A stretch of DNA of 64,000 bases from the NCBI GenBank assembly GCA_951406725.2, contig OX597821.1, positions 52,266,001 through 52,330,000 of the forward strand, read 5' to 3'. Below the pieces are notes generated by a model. It had not been told where the DNA came from. It saw only the letters and a program-made list of their open reading frames with translations, and made no database searches. Origin of the DNA: Octopus vulgaris. Lineage: Eukaryota. Of this stretch, positions 52,866 through 64,000 are shown piece after piece. Each line of letters starts with the position of its first letter. The first letter of the stretch is position 1. Position numbers and translations under genes: made by a program.

Positions 52866-55800
52866 ATGGCTTCGCTTAACCTTGGTTGTTTAAATGTGCG
52901 TGGTCTGAGTTCGAAGTGGAAGCAGGCTTGTTTCCTCGACGACCTCAGATCACATGATATACATGTGATGGTTGCTACAGAGACCAAGCTGGACAGCCTA
53001 CAAACCTTCTCGCCTCTCCTGAATGGCTACGAGAAAATCATGTCTCCTGGCCAGACCGGAGGGCGAGAGGGCGTAGTGGTACTGATCCGTAAAGACTTGG
53101 CTCTACAGACAAGTACAGTCTATGTAGACCCAGAAGGTGGGCTGGTCGTCTTGATGTGACATACAGCAGTAAGGCCTTCAGGTTGATCGGACTCTATGCA
53201 CCTTGTGCTAGAGGTTTCCAAACTGATTTTTATCGGCGCCTAGAGGGCTTTCTCGTGACGTCGAAGACTTTAGTGATATTAGGGGACTTTAATGCTATCG
53301 TTGACGTACACATCGATAGCGTTGGCTCGATCTATAGGAAAGTGAACTCACGTCTCGTGGATCTGCTTAAGCGGTTTCAGCTAGCAGATCGTTACAGACT
53401 TGACCATCCGAACGTCCCAGAGTGGACCTGGATGAGTGGCGACGGAAGGTTCAAGTCTTATCTAGACAGGATAGTGATAAGAACTAGAGATAAGTCTAGT
53501 TTTAGTTGTCCACAGCTCGTCCAGGTGCCCTATACTGACCATAGAATGGTCACGTGTAGACTGGACATAGATAGCACACTTAAGATAGGAACCGGCTACT
53601 GGAAGCTGAACAAGTCTATTTTGACACGCGAGGCATACCGTAGCCGGATTAAGGTGTTAGTGCAGAGGGCGTTAACCGGAGCCGTGGTTAATAACCGGTG
53701 GTGGTTCACCCTCAAAAGAGCCATTCGATTCGAGTCCATTAGATTTAGTAAACAACTAAGACTAGATAGGGCTAGAATAGAAGGGCAACTAGTTAAGAAC
53801 TTAGAGGAGGCGTTGAGGTTGGGCTCTGCATCTCACATTTTAGCGGCGAGAACGGCATTAGACCGTCACCTCAAAACGAAACATGAGGGATGTAGAGTCC
53901 GGGCTAAAATACGAGCGTTGGGCCGTGAGGGAATTAATGTTGCCGGATGGGCCCGTACGATAGAAACACAGCGTGGAAACGATGCCACAATTGGGTCTCT
54001 TGTTGATGAAAACGGATGCACGATCAAGAAGCGGGACGAGATGTGTGAGGCACTTCACAAGCACTTCGCCGAGTTGTTCGGGAGGTGCGGGACGCTGGAT
54101 CATGGTGAGGCCCTTAGGGACTTCCTGTCTGGTGGCCCGCGCCTCTCGACACGAGAGGCTGAGTGCTGTGAAGGGCCAATCACAGCCGAGGAAGTAATCG
54201 AGGTGTTGGGCAAGTGCCCCGGGGAGAAGTCGCCGGGTCTCGATGGTCTGTCCCTATGAATTTTATAGAAGTATGCCAGACTTGTTCGGGCACCTGCTGG
54301 CTAGCGTCTACGCCAACTGGCAGCAGAATGGGAGAATTCCCAAGTCTGCGAGCCGGGGGGCGGTGACGTTGATCAGGAAGGACCCGAACAAGGGGGATGA
54401 GATAGGGAACTTCAGGCCCATAACTCTGTTAAACACAGAGTTAAAGATTCTGGCCAAGGTGCTAGCAAAAAGGTTGGCGCGGGTCGTGGACAAACTTGTC
54501 GGGGAAGCGCAAACGTGCGCTATCCCCGGCAGAACGATCCACGACAATCTCCACCTTATACGCTACTCCTTAGAGAGGGTGGGGAAGCTTTCTGGCGCAG
54601 GGGGAGCACTGGTACATTTAGACCAGTCCAAAGCATTTGATAGGGTCGACCATCGGTACCTGGCGGCGGTCCTCGGAGAGGCTGGCCTAGGCCCGACCTT
54701 TCGAGGTTGGATCGCTGCTTTGTATAGCGACATCGAGTCTGTAGTCAAGGTGAACGGTTCCTTTTCGAAGCCGTTCAGGATCGAGCGTTCAGTTCGTCAA
54801 GGGTGTCCCCTGTCCTCGCTCCTATACGTATTGGCTCTTGAACCTTTGCTGCGGAAGTTGGAGGCACTAGGGGGCGCGCCGCATGATCTATGGTGTGGAA
54901 GAGGAGCTACGGCGTATGCGGATGACACCTCCATCATCGTGGCAGACGAAGGCCAGCTTCCAGTGGTGGAAGAGGCCATCAAAAGCTACGAGGCGGTGGC
55001 AGGAGCAAAGGTTAACAAGGACAAGTCGGTCGGTTTGCAACTCGGCACCTGGAGGGGCAAGCCGATGCCGTCCAATAACGTCGTAGGGCGTTGGACGGAA
55101 GGTCCTGTTAAGCTGCTCGGAGTCTGGTTCGGGCCAGACCTCCAGATTGAGTAAAATTGGAGTGAGGTGGCCAACAAGGTGACCGCTCTAACCCAGACCT
55201 GGTCTGGGCGGGCGTTATCCCTGCTAGGGAAGGCGGAGGTGGTGCAGATGTTTATAGCATCAGTAATCACCTACCGTTTAAGCGTGGTGCCCTGCCACGA
55301 TTTGTGGATGAACACGTTTGGAGAGAATCCTTTTCCGCTTTTTGTGGAAAGGAGGAAAGCCACTTGTAAAGCGCTCTGTCTGCTGCCAGAAACCGCTAAA
55401 GGGTGGGCTAGGGATGCCTTGGCTGAGGATGCGAAAACTCGCGTTAAGGTTGAGGCACCTCTGGCTTTACCTGGATGGAGAGCAGGTGTGGTCGCCGCAC
55501 GTCCGGTTCTACCTTCCCCAGTTAACATCCCTAACGGACATCGGTGCATGGATCAAACGGAGACCTAAACTGAGTAAATGGCATTTGGAGTGCCGTCAGG
55601 CGCTCCAGCTACTATCTCGGGTGGGCAACGCCGGCAACAGGAGTTCCACCGCGGATTTCTATAGCGGGTTAGTGGAGATTAAGTCCGAAGACGCCTTGGG
55701 GGAGACCCTGGGCTACGATGAAAATCAGTTGATCAACCTGTTCCGGAGGACGTTCGGGCCGGGGTATCTGGATAATTACCAGAAATCCCTAGCCTGGCAG

Positions 55801-56268
55801 TGTTTCCGTGCGGCTTTACCTGTTCGCGACAAGCTGTCAAGGCACGGTAGTGCCGTCTCGCCGACATGCCCGCGATGTGAGCAGGATAGGGAGACTGTCT
55901 TGCACGCATTCGTGGAGTGTCCGGAGTTATCGGGACTGATAGCTTTTGTTGAACAACTGTTGTCAGTGATGGGAAGAGTACAGCTATCAGCTGAGTCTAT
56001 CATCGAGATTGTGCCGCCCCCTTTCCTTAACAGGGAAAGAAAGGCTTGTTTTTTCTGTGTAGTAGCCATACTGAAAGAAACAGTATGGAAGACGCGTACG
56101 AAAGGTATAGTGACAGGCACCTTTGTCTCCGGCCAGGGGTTGATTAACTTTTTTAGTTACCACCTCAGTAGCAAAATCAGGCTGGAGAAGAGGTGTCTGT
56201 CACGAGATATGTTTGTGAAAAGATGGAAGCCTGTGGCATACAAGATGGGTATGTTTGGCACCAGGTAA
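52866..56268 (+). pseudogene. LINE ORF2: APE endonuclease, reverse transcriptase and C-terminal CCHC, disrupted
   Basis: APE motifs NVRGL, ETK, GDFNA, LDR, TDH. RT motifs PGLDG, FRPITLLN, DQSKAFDRVDH, RQGCPLS, YADD. C-terminal CPRC-X8-H-X4-C. Frameshifts ~53155, ~54250, ~55317 and a stop at 55152. Confidence 0.95.
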
Positions 56269-56496
56269 GTGTGACCGGATCAGAAAGTAAAGGTTCTACC
56301 CGGATGGCTGGGTGTCCGTCCTTCGACATGATCATTAATATTTTTAAACATTGCCTTCGTAAAATTCATTGTTTATAATCTTATCCGTAATTTCATTCGA
56401 AAATTGTAACTGTGTTAAGCTACTTCACCCTTTATATTTGTCTGTCCTTGTTTGTCCCCTCTTTGTAAATGCCTAAATGGCAAATTATATGAAATA

Positions 56497-56863
56497 AAGT
56501 AGCTTGCTTACCAACCACAAGGTTCCAGGTTCAGTCCCACTGCGTGACACCTTGGGCAAATGTCTTCTACTACAGCCTCGGGCCAACCAAAGCCTTGTGA
56601 GGGGATTTGGTAGACAGAAACTGAAAGAAGCCTGTCGTATGCGTGTGTATATATTTATGTGTCTGCGTTTGACCCCCAATATCGCTTGACAACCGATGCT
56701 GGTGTGTTTACGTCCCCGTAACTTAGCGGTTCGGCAAAAGATACAGATAGAATAAGTACTAGGCTTCCAAAGAATAAGTCCTGGCGTAGACTTGCTCGAC
56801 TAAAGGCGGTGCTCCAGCATGGCCGCAGTCAAATGACTGAAACAAGTAAAAGAGTAAAAGAGT
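56497..56863 (+). mobile_element. S1 SINE remainder (B box, body, tail)
   Basis: Continues exactly where the head at 51023-51059 stops; collinear with 1795-2188. Confidence 0.93.
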
Positions 56864-57212
56864 CGCCTTTCTACAATAAAACATACAATACCAATCTCTC
56901 AACACTTACTCTATAGAATCGTCCCTAAACAATTGCACAAACCAGACAACTCGATCACCGCCCGGTTATATAACGCAGCACAAACAAACAAGCGCCTTGC
57001 AAAATATTGATCTAATAAACCTAACAATAACGGTCTAATAGTAATCAGATCCGAAACGCAATACATTAACATCTCAATCAACAAACTGAACCTCACAAAG
57101 AAGTACAACTGATGGAATATACACGCACAAAGCTACATTTGTAAAGGACAATGATATGTGTCAGCCACATAATGCTGTGCAATAGAAACTCGCATGGGGC
57201 AAGCGAACAGAG

Positions 57213-57225
57213 AACTACTACTAGT

Positions 57226-57273
<48 letters not shown>

Positions 57274-57424
57274 CGCCACCACCACTGCCACCACCGCCAC
57301 CACCACTGCCACCACCGCCACTACTACTACCACCACCACCATCTCCACAAGCACCACCACTACTACCACCACCACCACCACCACCACCATCACCACTACT
57401 ACCACCACCACCACCACCACCACC

Positions 57425-57504
<80 letters not shown>
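57213..57504. repeat. (ACT)n/(ACC)n compound microsatellite
   Basis: Directly visible. Confidence 0.97.
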
Positions 57505-57506
<2 letters not shown>

Positions 57507-58347
57507 ACGCTGCCAGTACATTTGGAATAGTCTAATATTTGTTAGTACGTAGTGGTTCACTTGAGAAGATTAATGAAGACATAATGTAGACTATTTTGCG
57601 CAGTACTCTACTGCATCTGCTCATTCTTGTTCATTCTGGGAACATTTGTGAGAAATAGAATCGAATAAAGAAACGCAAGAAATAATTCAAAAGGCATTAC
57701 TATTGTTGCATGAACAAAATTCTCATAACAGAACAGCTAAAGAAATCACTTAATTCTGTAAGAGTGACATTCATTCCAAAACACAATCATCTTTGACTTT
57801 GACTAATAGTTGTTGCCATCAGAAATGGACACTGAAGAAAATAACTAAAAAAAACAAAAGAAAAAACAACAAAAAAAGAAATAGAAGGAATCTGTAATAA
57901 ATGCCTCCCAGAGGTATTCTTTTGTCATTGATTTTTGCCTTGGTGAATCGCACATTATAACTAGAACTTTGATGTGGCAAAAACAGATTAAAAAGGTTTT
58001 TTTATTTTTTTTTCTTCTTTTTCGTTTATACGACATTTTAGAACGTGAACATCATATTCACAAGTTTTGAGAATAAAATTATCATTTTAAAATTTCTCAG
58101 TTAAATATAGAATTCTTTGTTCGAAAGTTCGATAGCAGAACACAACTAGAACTAAAGAAATGAATATGTATCTTTCGTGTGCTTAACAGGTGATTCTTTT
58201 TAATGAACTTCGGCAGAATAAATTAAGAAAAAAAACCCTCGTAAAATGTTTGTTTTCAGATTTAAAACTAATGGAAACGTAAATATTCATTAAATTTTGA
58301 ATATCCCTATAGGAGTAATTTATGAAAACAGCAGAAAAATATACCTC

Positions 58348-58401
<54 letters not shown>

Positions 58402-58736
58402 AGTAATACATATATGTAAACATATAAATGTATACAAACACGCACACACACACACACACACACACATACGCATATATATAATTATATAAACATTTACATA
58501 TACATAGAGAGTGATTTATATCATCATATATACGTTAACGAATGGAAGGGAAGAAGACAAAGACGAGTCTATATTTATGAAGAATAATTTTATGAAAAAA
58601 TTACTGGATACTCCGTGATTCCTGTCAGAAAACTAATCAATCACACAATATTCAGTTTTAAAATATGGCATTATCACGACCTGATTTCGTGAAATTCAAT
58701 TTTATTAAAATTCAAGTTCATACATAATTTATTTGG

Positions 58737-58793
<57 letters not shown>

Positions 58794-58840
58794 TTATCTA
58801 TCTATGTATCTATCTACGTATCTATCAATACTGTACACGT

Positions 58841-61101
58841 CTAAACGCGTCTTTCCCGTCCAGACAGGTTTTTCAGAGACCGAATCAGCACGTTAGTAAA
58901 GAGGGCCTTATAGATAACTTTAGGCCCATCACTCTGCTCAATGCAGACTTGAAAATTTAGGCCAAGGTGTTAGCCAAGAGATTGGCGCTTGTCATCGATA
59001 AACTGGTCGACAAGGTGCCAACCTGCGCCGTGCCGGGCCGAAGCATCCATGACAACCTCTATCTGGTACGCTACATCATAGACAAGGTAGCTAAGTAACC
59101 TGGCATGGGTGGGGCCCTGATCAATTTGGATCAATCGAAAGCTTTCGATAGGGTAGACCAGCGATACTTGGAGGCTGTCCTCAGAGCGGTTGGTTTATTG
59201 GTCTTGTCTTCCGCGGCAGGATAGCTGCTTTGTACAGAGGTAATGGACATCTATCGAGACCTTTCGACATTTCCCCCTCTCGTCGCTTCTATACGTATTG
59301 ACTCTCGAACCACTACTACGGAAGCTGGCGAATCTGAGGGGCATCCTGCGAGAACTGGAATGCGGGACGAGCGTGTCTGCATACGCGGACGACGTCACCG
59401 TCATAGTGTCTAGCCACGAGCACATCGAGCTGGTCGGCGAGACACTGAAAGACCACGAAGCGGTGACAGGAGCGAAAATCAACCGGGAAAAGTTAGTGGG
59501 CTTGCGGCTCGGCACCTGAAGAAGCAAACCCATGCCGTCCACCAGCGCCTCCGTCGTGGGACGCTGGACCGACGGTCCGGTCTAGTTGCTCGGGGTCTGG
59601 TTTGGTCCGGACCTCCAAATGGAGAAGAACTGAAACGAGATAACGAGTAGGGTGGTCACTCTCGCTCGGCAATGGGCCGAGAGGAAACTGTCCCTAAAAA
59701 GTCGGGCGGAGGTGGCGGACACGTACATTGCCTCCGTCACCTACTATCACCTGACCGTCGTGCATTGTCCCTACCCTACCATCACCAAACTAGAATGCAT
59801 TCTCTTCCGCTTCTTCTGGAAAGGATTCGTCCCAATGGTCAGGCGATCCATATGCTGTCAACACCCGTTAAGAGGAGGGCTAGGCATGCCGTAGTTGATG
59901 ATACGCAGACACGCGCTGAGACTGTAACATCTCCGGCTCTACGTAGACGATGGTGAACAGGTATGGTCGCCGTTTGTGAGGCACGTTTTCCTGCAGCTCG
60001 TCTCCATGACCGAACTGTTGTCGTGGATTAAAAAGAGGCCGAGGAAGGGCAAATGGCACCGCGAGTGTCGCGTTGTTCTCAAACAACTATGCCGTCCCGG
60101 GTCGACCTTGAGCGACTTCAACACAACCAAACCATTCTATAGGGGATTAGTGGAGGGGAGATTCGACGACGATCTCGGGGCGAACCTGGGCGTCGACGAA
60201 GAATGCCTGGCCCGCCTGTTCAAGACGACTTTCGGGCCAGGACCTATGGACAACTTCCAAAGATCCCTGGCCTGGCAGTGCTAACGAGAAGCGCTACCCG
60301 TTCAGGATAAGCTATACAGACACGGCTCGAGAAACACGGTGTCGACTTGGCCGAGATGCGGTCAGAGCGACGAAACCGTTCTGCACGCACTCGTGCTGTG
60401 TCTAACCATTTCCCACATGTGGGCTTATGTCAAACGACTGCTGTCACGTGTAGGACGAGTCGCTTTATCAGTCGAGTGTATTGTCAATATCATCACGCCT
60501 CCTTCCTTCAAACGGAAAGGAAGAGATATTTTCATCATACTTGTGGCTATGGCGAATGAATGTATCCGGTGGACGCGTCTGAAAGGATTAGAGACAAACA
60601 CTTTCTTCTCTGGTCAACTTCTCATCAACTTCTTCAAGTATCCCTTGAAAAGGAAAGTGAGAGAGGCAGGTTTTTGTCTAGCGAATGTTTCAAAAAAAGA
60701 TGGGTGAATGTAGCAAGGATGGCATGTATGAATGACGAAGCCACCTTGAGTATGATCCTATGAACCCGAAAAAATTTAAAACAGAGGGTTACTTACTTGC
60801 AAATAAATGTGTTAGCATGTAACATTATTGACCGAGATTACCGTGGTCTTTTCCGTAGGCTTTTCTTTCAATGGATAAACCTTATCTGTTTCCCTCTTTA
60901 CACTTTACATCATGACATTTCTGTGATACACGATCCCTATGGATGTTTTTTTTTTTAATATTTATTTTAATTTCTTTCTTTCTTTTTTACGATCCGTTTT
61001 GATCGAAAACCTACCCTACATTTTTTCCTCCCCAAAAAGAAAAGCTCTACTTTGTAATTTGTCCCGTCTGTGTTCAGCCCTGTGTGGCTAATAAAGAAAT
61101 A
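58841..61101 (+). mobile_element. 5'-truncated Tx1/L1-clade LINE, family B
   Basis: DNFRPITLLN, DQSKAFDRVD, YADD, DNFQRSLAWQC, many stops. Perfect 18-bp TSD TATCAATACTGTACACGT (58823-58840 / 61102-61119). Confidence 0.93.
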
Positions 61102-62729
61102 TATCAATACTGTACACGTAACTACAAACACCAATCACTTGCTACATGTGCACAGCCCTCTTAAAATGATCCACACGCCTACAAAAACCTACTAATAAGA
61201 GCGGAGCGCCATACACACCAACATTTTTAAACTGTATACACTTATAATTTGCGCTTACACACACATACACACACACACATACACACAGACAGACAGACAC
61301 ACAGACACACAGACACTCACCTATTATCTACTTGACACACACCAATCATCCACAATTCAAGAACACTCTCACATTCTACTCATACAATACCGAGTATAGA
61401 AATACACTGGTCCTAAATCCCCCACAAAACTGTTTCATTGAACACGCTTATCTGAGTTTGACACAGGCATCAGCTACACACACACATATACACACACACA
61501 CTTACACACACAATCACATAAGACAGTAAGAAATCACACTTAAACACATACACACATATAATTAGGCACACAGTTGTCCAATTACCAGACACACAGGCAA
61601 ACCAGTTAGACAGTACAGTATACTCGTACACAGTAACTTCATACGCACACAAACACACACATATGCTTAATTCACAGTTGTCTTCCTCGCCACACATTCC
61701 TAGAGCGATCCTCCTAACATTTCTGGTGATTTCAGCATGGCTTCTCCGTTCTGTTCTCTCCGTGTCTATCGTATTTTTTAGAAGAAGAGTGACTACTCGA
61801 AATCTAAATGTCATTTCCTCCTTTTCTCCCATTTTTTTAGTGTTAGCCTAGCACTCAAATACTTTCTCTCACCACGGTATGCATACATCATTGTGAAAAG
61901 TAAGACCTATTCACACTTGTACACGATATCTCAACACCTAGTGCCAAAATCCACTGTCTCGACAGAAGCTCTCAGCCATCAATCAGCAAATGGAACAAAC
62001 AGCCTGAGACGGCAATCAAGGACATATCGGCTAACAGTAGACTATAGTTTTCTTGTTGAAATGCAATAAACCAGTAAATGGATGAGTGCTTTTATTAATT
62101 CTCTATCGGGGTTACTTGTGTTACTATTTATTCCCAGCTTAATTCAGATCCAGTCGACCCGTTATCTGAGTCTTTCCAGCCAAGACCAATCGGTGTTTAT
62201 TCAAGCATATAACTACAACTACATTATTCAATGTGATCATAAAAAGATGTGATTTGATCGAGATTGTTTTTAATGTCTAGCTAATGGATGGAATAATTGC
62301 TAATATTAAACATAAATTATGAAATAATAATGAGTCACTGGCATCTCAGCTTCGAGTAGCACAAAATATTTACAGCATTAACTATGTGAATTACTTGTCC
62401 TATAGAGTTAATACAAAACCATCGTGCTTTTACTTTTTCTTATATACCTTGGCACTTTCTCGGTTTGGAAGGGAGATCTAGTATTTAACTGTTGATGGGT
62501 TTGATATCCTCTCGTCTTAGAAATTTGAGCCTAATGGATTTACCAAATGACAGATGAAATACGTCAATAATAAAAAAAATCGAAAATAACTGGAGTATTA
62601 TAGCTTGAAGAGGTATTTAATACTAAGTAGTTTAAGTAGTTTACAATGAAACACTAAGGAATAAAGTTTAAAGTATGCTTAGGATGTAAAATTGTTTTAG
62701 AGTGGAAGTTATGAGGTTATAACCTTTGG

Positions 62730-62781
<52 letters not shown>

Positions 62782-62805
62782 AAAGTTATATACAAATATA
62801 TATAG

Positions 62806-62855
<50 letters not shown>

Positions 62856-62857
<2 letters not shown>

Positions 62858-63008
62858 AATGGGGTGATCATAATCAAAATAAGCAACAAGGATATCCAAG
62901 GTAGTGTAGTACAATTGTTTCATGTAGATAATTTTCCATAGGATTCCAATAAATTTTAGTATCTTATATAAGGATAGAAAATATCGAAATCATTTCATAT
63001 TTATATAA

Positions 63009-63052
<44 letters not shown>

Positions 63053-63859
63053 ATTTCTATTAATATAGAATCATAGTTAGTTAGTAAATAGTGATTTAAT
63101 TTATTAATGAGTTAAATTAAAAGAATATGCTAGACATGATATTTACTAACTGTAAACACTGTAAGTATTACATCAGTTTTAAAATGTCGAGCAATCTTCA
63201 CCCACATATAGAATTTTTTAATTAAACGGACAATGCACATTCTTATACTTATTTCATTTGCCAACATTACAAAGAAGGTAGATATATAGACAGTGAGGTT
63301 AATTTCATCATTAAGAACATGGTGGTAGTATGTTCTTCTCCATCTGTAGATGTTTTTTTATCACTGAGTTCACTTTGTTATTTAGATCAATCATTGGGGA
63401 TGGGGTTTCTATTCTTGGTTCAATGGAGACAAACAAGAATTTTTTTCTATTTATAGATAGAGGAAGGGGTAGTACAAATGTCAAACCCATAAATCCATCC
63501 TCATTTTGGGGAATTTTGCTTAAACAAAAGCTAGTAGGCTGACGTTAGCGGGGTAGGGAGAATAGAGACTAATAATGCTTTAGAGGTTTTCAATGTCCCT
63601 TACCATTTAACAGCCAAAATTCCTGTATTGTGAATTTTAAATAAATATCCTTTAGATAATTTTCCATAGGATTCCAATAAATTTTAGTATCTTATATAAG
63701 GATAGAAAATATCGAAATCATTTCATATTTATATAAATATATATATATATATATATCCATTTCTATTAATATAGAATCATAGTTAGTTAGTAAATAGTGA
63801 TTTAATTTATTAATGAGTTAAATTAAAAGAATATGCTAGACATGATATTTACTAACTGT
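62856..63859 (-). mobile_element. Probable PLE-like partial tandem unit
   Basis: Near-identical direct repeats 62925-63153 and 63653-63859, differing mainly in internal TA length. Minus-strand half-hammerhead GAAACAATTGTA at 62910-62921. Starts at (TA)n. Confidence 0.55.
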
Positions 63860-64000
63860 GAAAAAAAAAACTTATCAATTTAGCACATATATCAGGAGTA
63901 AATAAGATATATTAAAAAGTAATGGAAGGGAGGTAATGAAGATGAACCAAATAATTTCCCTAGATATATAGAAGTTTTTGCAATCCCATATAGGAGGGTA

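Larger units (their letters stand above)
51060..56496 (+). mobile_element. Full-length Tx1/L1-clade LINE, family A
   Basis: 5' UTR, ORF1, ORF2 and 3' UTR ending GAAATA(AA). TSD AAGTAGCTTTGCTAACC (51043-51059) / AAGTAGCTTGCTTACC (56497-56512). Confidence 0.97.

Noticed and set aside
57133-57552. Poly-Thr/His/Val ORFs (mucin-like)
   Set aside because: Pure ACT/ACC microsatellite with no splice or domain support.

Overview
This is AT-rich, microsatellite-dense eukaryotic non-coding DNA. The SINE and simple-repeat content looks cephalopod (octopus-like), which is an inference. I cannot support any host gene, and nearly all listed ORFs are microsatellite or antisense-repeat artefacts. The window holds four L1/Tx1-type LINE copies from three families, tRNA-derived SINEs of three head types, decayed Penelope (PLE), RTE, piggyBac-like and Helitron-like fragments, and many inverted-repeat units embedded in (TA)n. 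Main finding: two independent copies of one Tx1-like LINE family (full-length 51060-56496 +, 5'-truncated 39437-41282 -) inserted at the same nucleotide of the same SINE head (GGCTGTGTGGT^AAGTAGCTTGCT), each with a ~16 bp target-site duplication. This points to a SINE-targeting, sequence-specific retrotransposon. Its conserved 3' UTR also carries a short motif complementary to the target. Second theme: the (TA)n-embedded inverted-repeat units carry type I hammerhead ribozyme motifs and sit near PLE RT and GIY-YIG relics. A ~1.2 kb foldback has a hammerhead-shaped tip.
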